Positions 1 to 12,904 of a DNA stretch of 64,000 nt are shown here, piece by piece. Within the stretch, counting starts at the first letter, position 1. Every line of letters starts with the position of its first letter. Source of the DNA: Macrostomum lignano (taxonomy: Eukaryota); assembly GCA_002269645.1 (NCBI GenBank), contig NIVC01001909.1:98517-162516 (forward strand), read 5' to 3'. The notes below the pieces were generated by a model. That model had not been told where the DNA came from. It made no database searches and was given only the letters and a program-made list of their open reading frames with translations. The position numbers and the translations under genes are program-made.

Positions 1-132
1 AGCTCCTCGGTCATTGCGCCGGACTCGGCAGCGTGGGCAGCCTCCCGCTGAGCCAGCTTTTCGGCCAGCGCGGCTTCTCGAGAGGCACCTTCGGCACGCA
101 AATTCTCGTGCGCTTCAACGAGCTCGGCGTAC
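1..132 (-). CDS. Coiled-coil protein, internal exon (continues off window)
   Basis: Acceptor tctgtcag|G at 133/132. Phase 2 from exon 1856-3048 gives R-YAELVEAHENLRAEGASREAALAEKLAQRE, open to the window edge. Confidence 0.8.
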
Positions 133-140
133 CTGACAGA

Positions 141-1790
141 TGCGAGGCATGTGACAGGTGACGGATCTGACAGTTGACGGATCTGACAGTTGATGGATCT
201 GACAGGTGATGGATCTGACAGTTGACGGATCTGACAGTTGATGGATCTGACAGGTGATGGATCTAACAGTTGACGGATCTGACAGTTGATGGATCTGACA
301 GGTGATGGATCTGACAGTTGATGGATCTGACAGGTTATATGGATCTGACAGGTGATGGATCTGACAGTTGATGGATCTGACAGGTGATGGATCTGACAGT
401 TGATGGATCTGACAGGTTATATGGATCTGAAAGGTGATGGATCTGACAGGTGATGGATCTGACATGTGATGGATCTGACAGGTTATATGGATCTGACAGG
501 TTATATGGATCTGACAGGTGATGGATCTGACAGTTGATGGATCTGACAGGTGATGGATCTGACAGTTGATGGATCTGACAGGTTATATGGATCTGAAAGG
601 TGATGGATCTGACAGGTGATGGATCTGACAGGTGATGGATCTGACAGGTTATATGGATCTGACAGGTTATATGGATCTGACAGGTGATGGATCTGACAGT
701 TGATGGATCTGACAGGTGATGGATCTGACAGTTGATGGATCTGACAGGTTATATGGATCTGAAAGGTGATGGATCTGACAGGTGATGGATCTGACAGGTT
801 ATATGGATCTGACAGGTGATGGATCTGACAGGTGATGGATCTGACAGGTTATATGGATCTGACAGGTGATGGATCTGACAGGTGATGGATCTGACAGGTG
901 ATGGATCTGACATGTGATGGATCTGACAGGTTATATGGATCTGACAGGTGATGGATCTGACAGGCTATATGGATCTGAAAGGTGATGGATCTGACAGGTG
1001 ATGGATCTGACAGGTGATGGATCTGACAGTTGATGGATCTGACAGGTTATATGGATCTGAAAGGTGATGGATCTGACAGGTGATGGATCTGACAGGTGAT
1101 GGATCTGACAGGTTATATGGATCTGACAGGTTATATGGATCTGACAGGTGATGGATCTGACAGTTGATGGATCTGACAGGTGATGGATCTGACAGTTGAT
1201 GGATCTGACAGGTTATATGGATCTGAAAGGTGATGGATCTGACAGGTGATGGATCTGACAGGTTATATGGATCTGACAGGTGATGGATCTGACAGGTGAT
1301 GGATCTGACAGGTTATATGGATCTGACAGGTGATGGATCTGACAGGTGATGGATCTGACAGGTGATGGATCTGACAGGTGATGGATCTGACATGTGATGG
1401 ATCTGACAGGTTATATGGATCTGACAGGTGATGGATCTGACAGGCTATATGGATCTGAAAGGTGATGGATCTGACAGGTGATGGATCTGACAGGTGATGG
1501 ATCTGACAGGTGATGGATCTGACAGGTTATATGGATCTGACAGGTGATGGATCTGACAGGTGATGGATCTGACAGGTGATGGATCTGACAGGTGATGGAT
1601 CTGACATGTGATGGATCTGACAGGTTATATGGATCTGACAGGTGATGGATCTGACAGGTGATGGATCTGACAGGTGATGGACCTGACAGGTTAGATGGAC
1701 CTGACAGGTGATGGATCTGACAGGTGATGGATCTGACAGGTGATGGACCTGACAGGTTAGATGGATCTGACAGTTGATTTATCCGACAGG
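141..1790. repeat. Intronic minisatellite, 16/18-bp units (GATGGATCTGACAGGT / TATATGGATCTGACAGGT)
   Basis: About 100 tandem units read directly, filling the intron 133-1855. Confidence 0.97.
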
Positions 1791-1855
1791 TTAGAAATTT
1801 GAGACTGGCACTAACTCGAAGATCTGCCAACAGAGACAACCAGAGCCACACTCAC

Positions 1856-3048
1856 CGATCCTGCACAGTGCTGAGCTCCGCAATCTGGCGCCTGGCATCC
1901 GACAGTGCAGTTTTCAATTCGCCAACCTCTGCTTGACTTTGCATGGCGCTCAATTCGGCCGCTTCCAATTTGGCGCGCAGATTGGCCAAATCGGCGCGCA
2001 ACCCTGCGCTCTCTTCGGCTAGCGCGGCCAGCTGAGCGCGCGCCTCGTCGCGTTCTGTCACCGCGGCGGTTAGCGCCGCTTCCTGTTGCGCCAAATTATC
2101 GCGCGCTAGCGCCAATTCGTTAGCTAAATCGGCGCGCAACGATTCGGCGTGAGCCAATTCGGCTGCGCGCGCTGTCAGGTCGGCGCGCATCTTAGAGAAA
2201 TTCTCTTGAACCCAGCCCATGTTGTCGCGCAATTCGTTAATTCGCGCGTCCAATGCGCGCTTCTCCTCTCGACTAGCGGCTAACTGGACCTCAGCTTCGG
2301 CTAGCTCAGCTTGAGTAGTTTCTAATTCTGCGCCACGCGCGGCGCCGTCAAAGCGCGCCGAATCTAATTGGCGCGCAGATTCGGCTAGTTCAGCTCGAGC
2401 CGCCTCCAATTCAACAGCTGCCGCGGCCGCCTGACCATCCAGATGGGCGACTCGGGCGCCGAGAGTGGCGCGCTCTGTCTCGGCGGCCTCGAGAGCGGCC
2501 TCGCGCTCAGCCAGTGCGGCAGCTTGACGTTCGGCTTCCAGTTCGGCTTCGCGCAGAGCGTCGGCCAGCTTGTCGAAAGCCTGCCGCTCCCTGGCCAGCT
2601 GGTCGGTCTTGAAGTCCAGAGCCTCCTGCAGCGCGGCCCGCTCGGTCATGGAGGCCTCTAGCAGGGCCTCGCGTTCAACAATCTCGGCTTTGATGCGCTC
2701 CAATTTATCCAGCCAATACTGCCGCTCCGACAGCATCTGGGCCTCCAGTTCGGCCAGACGAACCCGAAGATGATCGCTCTCGCCGCCCATCTGCTCAGCC
2801 TGAGCAGCCAGCACAGTCTGCAGCCGGGACAGCTCATCCTGCATTGTCTGCCTGGCATCTTGAGCCGCTCGCAGCTGCTCAGCGTAAAACTCTTTGGCTC
2901 GGCGCAATGCCGCCGCCTCGGCTGCCAAATCTCGGCTGGAAGCTTCGCTGGCTTCGCGTGCCTGACGTCCGGATTCGAGGTCAACGTAGAGCTCGGCTAG
3001 GCGGGACTTCAGCGATTGCACCGTCTCTTGGCGGGCGTCCAGGCAGTC
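1856..3048 (-). CDS. Long coiled-coil protein, 1193-bp internal exon
   Basis: Acceptor cccttccag at 3049, donor GTGAG at 1855. Ala/Glu/Leu/Arg-rich heptad sequence (DCLDARQETVQSLKSRLAELY...). Phase 0 in, phase 2 out, matching its neighbours. Confidence 0.88.
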
Positions 3049-3072
3049 CTGGAAGGGATTGACAAATACGGA

Positions 3073-4560
3073 TAGACAGGGTGACATGATTCTAGACAGG
3101 GTGACATGATTCTAGACAGGGCGAAATGATTCTAGACAGGGTGACATGATTCTAAACAGGGTGACATGATTCTAGACAGGGCGAAATGATTCTAGACAGG
3201 GTGACATGATTCTAGACAGAGCGAAATGATTCTAGACAGGGCGAAATGATTCTAGACAGGGTGACATGATTCTAGACAGGGTGACATGATTTAGACAGGG
3301 CGAAATGATTCTAGACAGGGTGACATGATTCTAGACAGGGTGACATGATTCTAGACAGGGCGAAATGATTCTAGACAGGGTGACATGATTCTAGACAGGG
3401 TGACATGATTCTAGACAGGGCGAAATGATTCTAGACAGGGTGACATGATTCTAGACAGGGTGACATGATTCTAGACAGGGCGAAATGATTCTAGACAGGG
3501 TGACATGATTCTAGACAGGGTGACATGATTCTAGACAGGGTGACATGATTCTAGACAGGGCGAAATGATTCTAGACAGGGTGACATGATTCTAGACAGGG
3601 TGACATGATTCTAGACAGGGTGACATGATTCTAGACAGGGTGACATGATTCTAGACAGGGTGACATGATTCTAGACAGGGCGAAATGATTCTAGACAGGG
3701 TGACATGATTCTAGACAGGGTGACATGATTCTAGACAGGGTGACATGATTCTAGACAGGGTGACACGATTCTAGACAGGGTGACATGATTCTAGACAGGG
3801 TGACATGATTCTAGACAGGGTGACATGATTCTAGACAGAGCGAAATGATTCTAGACAGGGTGACATGATTCTAGACAGGGCGAAATGATTCTAGACAGGG
3901 TGACATGATTCTAGACAGGGTGACATGATTCTAGACAGGGCGAAATGATTCTAGACAGGGTGACATGATTCTAGACAGGGTGACATGATTCTAGACAGGG
4001 TGACATGATTCTAGACAGGGTGACATGATTCTAGACAGGGTGACATGATTCTAGACAGGGTGACATGATTCTAGACAGGGTGACATGATTCTAGACAGGG
4101 CGAAATGATTCTAGACAGGGTGACATGATTCTAGACAGAGCGAAATGATTCTAGACAGGGTGACATGATTCTAGACAGGGCGAAATGATTCTAGACAGGG
4201 TGACATGACATTAGACAGAGTGACATGACATTAGACAGAGCGAATTGACATTAGACAGAGTGACATGACATTAGACAGAGTGACGTGACATTAGACAGAG
4301 CGAATTGACATTAGACAGAGTGACATGACATTAGACAGACCAACATGATATTAGACAGAGCGACATGATTTGAGACATAGTGACATGATATTAGATTGAG
4401 CAACACGATTTTAGACAGAGTGACATGGTTTTAGATATTTTTATTAACATAATTTTAGTTATTAGTGAGAACATTTTAGAAACAGTGCATGATTCTAGAC
4501 ATTAGTGACATGATTCTACACGGATTGACATGATTTTAGATAATAGTGGCATTGTTTTAG
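3073..4560. repeat. Intronic minisatellite, 20-bp unit (GACAGGGTGACATGATTCTA)
   Basis: Homogeneous array that degenerates toward 4200-4630. Confidence 0.96.
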
Positions 4561-4663
4561 ACAAATTGGCATACAATAGTAGACATGACTTACGGACAAA
4601 TTTCCAAGCACATGATTCAAAAGACAGAGTGACATGAGCTGGGGACAAGCGGTCGCAACTCAC

Positions 4664-5007
4664 CTGCAGTCCAACAACCTGCTGTCTGAGATCGGCGCTA
4701 GCCCGATTAGCGGCCTCCAATTCGGCGCTAAGCGCCCGCGCCTCAGCGGCGCGATCCTCCAGCGCCAGTCTCAGCCGAGCCCGCTCGGTCTGAGCGGCGT
4801 CCAGCTCGCGGCGAGTCTCCGGACCGCCCGCGGCGAGGCTGCGCAGCCGCTCGCATTCGGCTGCCAGTTCGGCCCGCTGACGGAGTGCCGTCTCCGCTTC
4901 GGCTGACAGAACCTCCAGCTGGCCGAGCAGCTTGGCCCGTTCCAGACTCTCGGCTTCATCGTCGAAGTCGGATACGCCGGCTGTTGACTCCATATAGAGC
5001 GATTGGT
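4664..5007 (-). CDS. Coiled-coil protein, internal exon
   Basis: Acceptor ccctaag at 5008, donor GTGAG at 4663. Reads D-QSLYMESTAGVSDFDDEAESLERAKLL...VVGLQ. Phase 1 in, phase 0 out. Confidence 0.85.
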
Positions 5008-5069
5008 CTTAGGGAAGGGTTAATTATGCGATTAATTGTGTCAGTGTTAATTACAGTGAATGTAGGGCA

Positions 5070-5320
5070 GCGATAATTAACGATAATTAGTTAACAAAAG
5101 CAACGATAATTATCGATAACTAGTGAACAAAAGCAGCTATATTTATCGATAATTAGTAAACAAAAGCAACCATTATTATCGGCAATTACTGAATAAAAAG
5201 CGGTGATAATTATCGATAATTATAGTAAACAAAAAGCAGCTATAATTATCGATAATTGGTGAACAAAGGGATGCTATAAATATCGATAATTAGTAAATTA
5301 AAGACACCGATCATTATTGT
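5070..5320. repeat. Degenerate AT-rich tandem repeat (CGATAATTAGT..AACAAAAG core)
   Basis: Several imperfect units inside intron 5008-5397. Confidence 0.75.
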
Positions 5321-5397
5321 ACAAAAATTAGACACAATAAAACTAGTAAAACTATTGAATAATTAGTGGAGCAGCGGTGAACCACAATAGAACTCAC

Positions 5398-5901
5398 CAT
5401 CTCCCATAGTTGCAGCCTTCTTACTATCGACATCTGCAGCTTCCTGCTCTTCTTCCTGACCAGCAGCTTCCTCCACCCTCAGCCCGTCCAATCCCGGATC
5501 TCGAGTCGGCGGCGACTGGGTGCCTCTGGCCGGCGACAAGCCTTCGACACCGCCGCCGGCACCCGCTCCTCCTCCGCCTCCTCCGGAAGGCAACGACCGC
5601 TGCAACTGGCCCAAACTGAGCACAAGTGGCACGGGATGATACTCGAATGTCATATCCGGGATGCCGGAATCGCGAGACACTCTCGACACGCCAGACGCTT
5701 GAGACAGTCGACTGCTGCCGCCCGGCGGTCTCGGCGGCGACCGGTGGACGCCGACTTCGCGCCACAGGGCGCCACCACCGACAGCGCCTCTTAGCGGGTT
5801 GTTCACATCGTCTTCTTCAACTTCAGCGCGCGCTGCTGCAGGTCTCTGTTGTTGCTGCTGCTGCTGCTGCGACTGAGGCTGCTGCAGAATTGCTGAACCC
5901 T
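5398..5901 (-). CDS. Coiled-coil protein, upstream low-complexity exon (polyQ, Gly/Ser-rich)
   Basis: Acceptor tttattag at 5902, donor GTGAG at 5397. 504 nt, phase 1 to 1, reading QPQSQQQQQQQQQRPAAARAEVEEDDVNNPLRG...KKAATMGD. The first exon of the gene was not located. Confidence 0.75.
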
Positions 5902-5937
5902 CTAATAAATTTACGTATATAATTTTATGTAGAAAGT

Positions 5938-6159
5938 ATTACGCGGCGCATCTGAAGGCTGCATACGGCTGTTCAGTCCAAGGACTGGGTCGCCACGACA
6001 CACCCTCAATTACCCCAGCTAATACTGGAACCCATTTTACAGCTGGGTGAACTGAAGACAAGTGTATCTTGCTCAAGGACACAAATTGCTCCAGTGGGAT
6101 CAGGAATCGAACTCCCGACCTTCAAGTCGTGAGTCCGATGCTCTAACGAGAAGGCTACA
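5938..6159 (-). mobile_element. tRNA-derived SINE with CORE-like central domain
   Basis: The minus strand begins with a tRNA-like head (TAGCCTTCTCGTTAG A-box-like, AGTTCGATTCC B-box). It continues GTGTCCTTGAGCAAGA...CAGCTGTAAAATGGG, resembling the MIR/CORE domain (GTGACCTTGGGCAAG...CATCTGTAAAATGGG). No TSD found. Confidence 0.7.
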
Positions 6160-8688
6160 ACCCTAGGGATTACAAACTGGGGTTTTGAACAGAGCTTGGC
6201 CTACAACCTGGAGTTAATTTGTTAAGATAAGATAATTAATTTAGACTCTTACCTGTCTCATCAGAATTGGATGCAGATTGCACATCAGAACTGATTGGCT
6301 CCTTCTGCTTCTGTTTAGTCTTTGAATCATCAATGCTTGATGGCTTCTTGTGGGATGACATTGCAGCTGGGCTAAAAGTGGAAATACATTTTTGAACTTT
6401 TTGAATAAATTGTCATTTGATTTTGAGTAATAGTGTTGTATAAAATATTTCATAAGAAAACATTTATAAATTTTAAACTATAAAAACTATAGCTAATCAG
6501 TAAAATTGATCTAATTTACTATTTCATAAGCATAGCAATACATATTTTCTAAATAAACATCTAGTATATTTTATACAACATCTATAAAATATACTAGATC
6601 TGACTAATATACTAGATCTAGATATACTAGATCTACTAACACTGACACTGAAACTATAAAATATACTATACTATTAACAACATCATACTAGATCTATACA
6701 TCTAGTATAGATGTTTATTATGGTATTACTATGGAATGATAAGGTAAGACTGAGGTTTTAACTTTTGGCAAGATTTTGGGACCTTATATTTAGTTTCTAT
6801 AGGCCTAGCATACACCCTTTAGTAAACAAACTATAGGCTCTATAGTATATTTACTAAAGGGTGATAAATAATAGATTTAGGTTGAATTGATTGCTTTACA
6901 AAATTGAATTTCTATTTTTTTTCCTTACTTGGCCTTGCCCAATACATGCTATATAGAAGCTTTACTTTACTGCTTGCTCAATGCATGTTATATATATTAA
7001 CATTGTAATATGCCTAGACTATCTCTTTACTTTTTGCAACTTTTTGTATAGGCAGTACAGCCTCTTTGATAGCTAACATGGCAGCTTAGTAGCTAGCTTA
7101 ATAGCTACTTCTATTGGGGTGCTACCAAATTTGTTAACTTTATTAATAAATTGGGTTACCTAACTATATGTTTGACTATTATTTATTATACACTAAAAAT
7201 TGAAATACAGAGCCTATTAAGAAGATACATATATATTTAAGATAATAAAGGCATATTGTTTATATTTGGTATTTATTTTTACATGCTATTAAAGCTTGCA
7301 AATTTAAAATTCATTGAATTTCAATCTAGGATGCAGGAATGCAGGATGCAGGAATTTTAATGCGGGATATACCTTGATATTTTGCATGCATTTTGAAATC
7401 TGAAATCATACTTAAATAGCCATTCTGTTTCTTATATATGGTGACCATATAAATAACAGCTGGCTCATTCCATATAAGATGGACATATTTGGAAAATAGA
7501 AAAAAGTCAATATTTTTGCTTGCCATTGCCTAATTAGCCTATTTTTTTACCAAATGTTTATATTGTGCAATATATACAATCTAAGAATAAAGGAATGGTA
7601 AAATGTTGGATTAGTATGTTATCAATTGACAAAAAGTCATTTTTGTAAAAATTTGGACATTTTTCGAAGCAAAAGACATCATTAAGATTTTGTACCTTTT
7701 AAAAACAAATAGAAAGCTTTTGAAGGTTGAAACAAACTATAGATAAAAGTATAGTACTTGCATCATCAGATAAAAGCATTGGTGACCAAATAATCTATTA
7801 TATTTTTAATGTATTAGTACCTCAAAGTTACTGAATTGACAGAAAAAAATATGTTACGACCATAATGTTACGACCATAAGGCTGCCTTTTCTTTTGTATC
7901 TTTGTTGCCTTTTGAGTTTATATATTCTAATAAAATAGTATGATTTCTAAAGATGTTCTTAGTCAAATTTTAAAAATGTATTGCAAAATATCAAAAATGA
8001 AAAATGTTATAAGACTTTTACCTTTTAGTTTCTATATGTCAAAAATCCTGTCGTTACGACCATAAGTGTCATTTAAGGTTTAATAGCATCTATACTAATG
8101 ATGATATCTATATGAAACTCTATAAATATATTCTAGACAAAATAATCTTTCATTTAAAATATTGGTTTAGTATATTCTATTATTAGATTTAATTTTATAA
8201 GTAAAAAAAGTCTGTCATGTTACGACCATGCTTATATGGAATGAGCCAGCTTTGTTATTTATACAGTTAAAATCTTATGCAAGCATATTAGTTTTATGCA
8301 TTCACTATAAAAATAACCATTTCACTATTTATAAAGCCGTAACAATAACAACTGCCTACAAAAAATTATCATTTGACACAATGTATCTGCTATCATGTAT
8401 GTATGTGCCTTGGGGATATACCTTGATATATCCTGAAAAAGGGTAAGACCCATCATCCTTATTGTATGCTAGAAAATCCTGGCATACATGTTGCCTTCCA
8501 AACTATAGGCTAGGTCCAACTTCCACTAGAAAAACTAGGCCCCCCCTAATAGTAAGTTAAAATTCTGTAAGCTATAGATTCCATGTCAGTCAGGCTCATA
8601 GTTACTAAAATAACTAGATGGGCCACTCAGGCATATATAATTAGGCCTACTAAAACAGCTTTCTACTTTCAGTTCACCAAACTACTTG

Positions 8689-9107
8689 AGGGTCATTTCA
8701 CAAACCCTAATTTTCACAACATCGAAACCAGAACCTTTCATAAGACCTATATTGAAATCATAAACCCTAATTTTCACAACATCAAAAATAAGCAATGCAG
8801 CAGATTTCACAAGGCCTAAATTTCACAAGCCCTAAATTTCATAACACCTAAAAGGCATGCACAGAATTTCAAAAGCCCTAAATTTCACAAACCCTAAATA
8901 TCACAACGTCAAAAATTAAATTTGCTTTTATTTTCAGAAGCTCTAAATTTCACAATGTCTAAAAGCACGTCTGAAAGATTGTATCTCCATAATGTTTTAG
9001 GCATTGTGAAATTCAGTGCTTGTGAAATTTAGAGCTTGTGAAATTTAGAGCTTATGAAAGTTGGTGTCTTGCAACGTTGTGAAATTTAGGGCTTGTGAAA
9101 GCGACCT
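8689..9107. mobile_element. MITE / foldback non-autonomous DNA transposon
   Basis: Imperfect ~35-bp TIRs (GGTCATTTCACAAACCCTAATTTTCACAAC vs reverse complement of the right end). Internal AAATTTCACAA motifs switch orientation. 8-bp flanking repeat ACTACTTG (8681-8688, 9108-9115). Confidence 0.75.
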
Positions 9108-9299
9108 ACTACTTGCTGTCTGTCACCAAATAATAGCTTGCACCTCATAGACCTATCTGGGGAAATAGTAGTAGGCTCAATAACATTGTTATATCAATAT
9201 AAGGCTCAAAGTTTCAACAGTCTAGCCTCCAACAATAGGCAATCTTCAAGTTTCATTCGTTAAATTATTTTTTCAATGATTTCTGAACTATCTTGCTCT

Positions 9300-9854
9300 C
9301 CACAGCCAGGAAGACGGTAGAATCCTCGGAATTTTCCGGCGCAAATCAGCAATTTGCCGGCGCACGGCGCACACTTCACTGCGCCGCGCGCATGGGCTCG
9401 GCGCATCGGCGCATGGCTCGGTGCATCGGTGCATGGCTCGGCGCATGGCGCACAAGGTACGTCAGTATACGTGACAATATAATAATGAATAATAAAAAAA
9501 CGTATATTAAATGTCAATCAATCAATAAAATAAACGATAGTCGATACGATGGTCGTTATTTCCAATGTTGTTTCTATTTCAAATTTCATTAATCGACTTA
9601 ACAAATTTGCGCCTTTTGCGGCTTTTGTTGCGTCTTTTTGCTTATATTTTGCAAATAGAAGCCATGATTGAACTGCTTGAACTTCCATTGATATTGATTC
9701 AATTTAGATACTTAATACTTGATGGTGCTTTTTCAAGTGTATTTTTCTCGGCGCATGGCGCACAAGTAATTTTTTTTTCTCGGCGCACGCGGCGCACAAC
9801 AAAAATTTTGATGGATGTTATTCCGGCGCACACGCTGCACCTTCCTGACCATGG
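9300..9854. mobile_element. hAT-like MITE
   Basis: 14-bp imperfect TIR (CCACAGCCAGGAAG / CCATGGTCAGGAAG), perfect 8-bp TSD CTTGCTCT (9292-9299, 9855-9862), many subterminal GGCGCA motifs. Confidence 0.85.
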
Positions 9855-10265
9855 CTTGCTCTGAGATGATTATTTTCGAGCTCTCCAGTGTACCCAGCCC
9901 TTTCCTAGTTGAGAAAGTAGCAGTTTTGTTAATATTATCTGTCTAATGTACCGTAAAGCCGTTGGTAGGCTGCGTAGCCGTAGGCAAAGGAATATCTATG
10001 GCCCATATTACGGTAACATAATGATGACGTGGCTTTCACTGACATGGCATTTTAGCAAAGAACGTCTATGGGGAATAAAGATGCTACTGTACATAGCTTT
10101 AGGAGTGGCATGGAGTAATATCATAAGCAGTTAATAGACAAGCAGCTAATACACTATAAGACTAATACACTATGGCAGGATGACCAGCGGCACCCACTTT
10201 TATTGTACCAGTAGCACAAGTGCAACCAGCTGCAGCTTTGTGTGACAAGTGACATCACCTTGACA

Positions 10266-10784
10266 ATGCGAGAACTGGCTGTGATTACGGCAACAACAAG
10301 GGATACCATGAATTGGATGGCCAAATACCATCTAATTGCCAACTAGCAAGTGTGTGCCAATTGTCCGGCCACTCAACTTCGGCTGCAGCTCCGTCAAGGT
10401 GACCACTTTATTGACGGCTATGCTTGGGCTTGCACCAACTGCCATGCCCTAGTTGCTATGCCCAACAGGACAGCTGCCACACTACTGCCAATCATCCAGC
10501 AGTATGTGCTTCCTAGTACACGGATTATTACCGATGGCTGGCAGGCTTATGGCCAACTGCAGAACCATGTGGTGGTGAACCACCAATTGGCCTTTGTGAA
10601 CCCTCTAGACCCAACTGTACATACAAACCTAATCAAGGGCACCTGGGCACATTGCAAGGCCAAGCTAAGGGCAATGCACGGTACATCACAGGCCCTGTTT
10701 GAAACCTACCTGGATGAGTTCATATGGCGCCGTCTGCACCCTGTCAATCCATTTGGGAACATCCTATACTGGATCGCACATTGA
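10266..10784 (+). pseudogene. Decayed Merlin / ISXO2 (IS1595-like) transposase
   Basis: N-terminal Cys-rich part (MNWMAKYHLIAN*QVCANC...YAWACTNCH, in-frame TAG) is joined directly to the C-terminal part with IITDGWQAY, VNH..FVNP, HTNLIKGTW and YLDEFIWRR motifs. The intervening first-Asp region is missing. TIRs not found. Confidence 0.8.
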
Positions 10785-12767
10785 ACTCATTGAAAAAATA
10801 ATTTAACGAACGAAACTTGAAGATTGCCCAACAACTTTATGCAGGACATGGTGATACTTCTAATGTAAGTATAATTTAATTACGACACACAGGTTATAGG
10901 CCCTCCCTAGCTAATGTTAAAGTTAGAAAATCTAACAGTCTAACACTAACACTACTATCTATCTATTCTATAGCTACTCAGATTAATAGATTAATAGATT
11001 AATAGATCTTTAATACAGATTATAGATTAGATATAGATTATAGATTATTTAATATAGATTATTATACTGAGGCCTACGCATAGAAATGCTAGATATATCA
11101 GTTCGTACGCACTACTAAGAACTTAGTACTTAGTAACTCCGGCCCCAAACAATATCGAAAAATATATGCAAACGTCACAGTTCTGACAGACAGTTCTGAC
11201 ATGATCTAGTTTAAAAATCATGAGTGATACATTCCAAGAAACATTCTTTTGTTACAAAAAATATTCATGAATTTTACATAATTTAAAGAATATTTTTTAA
11301 AAACCTTTTCGAAAAAATTATGCGAAATAGAGTGCGGCTTTTAGCTTATTTGAAAATCGAAAATCTGTTTTACTGAATCACGGCTCGAAAATTAAAAGAC
11401 TTTTTAATTATCGTCTGGCCAGGATGGATCGGCCCGATCGCACAATTTATATCATAAAGTTAAAAAATCACCTTTATTTATCTTCAACTTCTATTTATGC
11501 AAAAGTATATCAGGGACAACTAAAACACAATGTTTTAGAACATTGTTTACGTTTTAGAATGTTTAAACACAATGTTTTAGTTTGTCTGAGCATTTGTCTA
11601 ACAAAAATTGCGAATTATGAATCTTTATATTTTCCCCAAAGTTAGTATCGAAGGCTATTTGAGTCTGTTCCTGATGTCTACGTGTTGATTCAGGGATAAT
11701 AATCGCGGCTTACTTAGAATATACTGTACTTTAACTGCTACTTCAAAACTATTTGACGTCGCTTAAACTCTAGAATGCTCATTTCCATCTCCGTAAAAAA
11801 AACGCATATATTTCTCAGTCTCAAGTGTCCTGGGAGGGCATGATCTGCATTTTGAAGCATTGCGTGTACATGTAACAGTACAACATGTACATTATGCGTA
11901 CATAACACAAGGACGACTATAACATAACATTGACATAACATTACATGTACTCCGATCTTACGTGCAAATTAAATGCACACTTGTGATGAACGCCACTAGT
12001 CGAAGGGAAACTATTTGAAAGAAATTTCGCGCCCAATTCACCACAGAGCCCTAGCGTCTTGCTGCTTGCAGATGTTCATGTAGTACTCGCATCAATAATA
12101 CAGTAATCAATGCAGTAAAATATAACTGCATCTTTTATTTAATGACTATCTGAGTCGTTTATTTTTAGTAGAGAAGCGAACGCAAAATTTCACCCACACT
12201 TTTCTGAGGGAGAACAAAAGAGAAAAAAGTACGCCAAATCTGACCACAATTGAATTTGACTATTCAAATACTCAGGTAAATACCCCACTGTACGAATTAT
12301 GATGATAAAAATTAGGGTGCACTGCTCATTACGACAGTTTGCAAACACACAGTCATGAGTCTGTCGGTAATAAAACTCTAGCTTTATTGTCGCGAAGGAG
12401 CAATAGAAAAATGGCTGCAGAGTTACTAGCTACTCGACGCCAAATTAAAAATACGGTCTTGCAGTTTGGCGTCGTTAGCATTTATACGCTCGTTTCTTCA
12501 ACTTTTTTTTCGAAATGCTTTGGTTGTTTAGAGCCAGTACTAGCAATCAGCGCCCCCCGTTGGGGAGCCAAAAAAAATGCAGTACAAGTTTTTTATAATA
12601 AACTACATGTAAGCATCTCTTTGCATTATACCTCAGCAACCGCTTGCAAGCCTTGACATGTTAGCAATTCCCCCCACCCCCCACAAGCCTTGGCATATCA
12701 ACCCCCCTTGACATCTCAGCAATGCCCCCATAAGCATTGAAATCTTAAAAAATCTGTCAACCTTCTA

Positions 12768-12850
12768 GCCCTAGCTCAACCCCTAGCCCTAGCCCTAACC
12801 CTAACCCTAGCCCTAACCCTAACCCTAACCTTAACCCTAACCTAACCCTA
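12768..12850. repeat. Interstitial telomere-like (CCCTAA/CCCTAG)n tract
   Basis: About a dozen imperfect hexamers, inside the putative Helitron. Confidence 0.8.
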
Positions 12851-12904
12851 AAGCATTGATATTTCAGTAATTCTCTCCAACAGTCATTATAGCACTACAG
12901 CAAT

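Noticed and set aside
115-1851. ORFs with SDPSPVRSITCQIH repeats
   Set aside because: Translations of the 16/18-bp intronic minisatellite.
12768-12850. Telomere or chromosome-fusion scar
   Set aside because: Short, imperfect, single orientation and embedded in a dispersed repeat.
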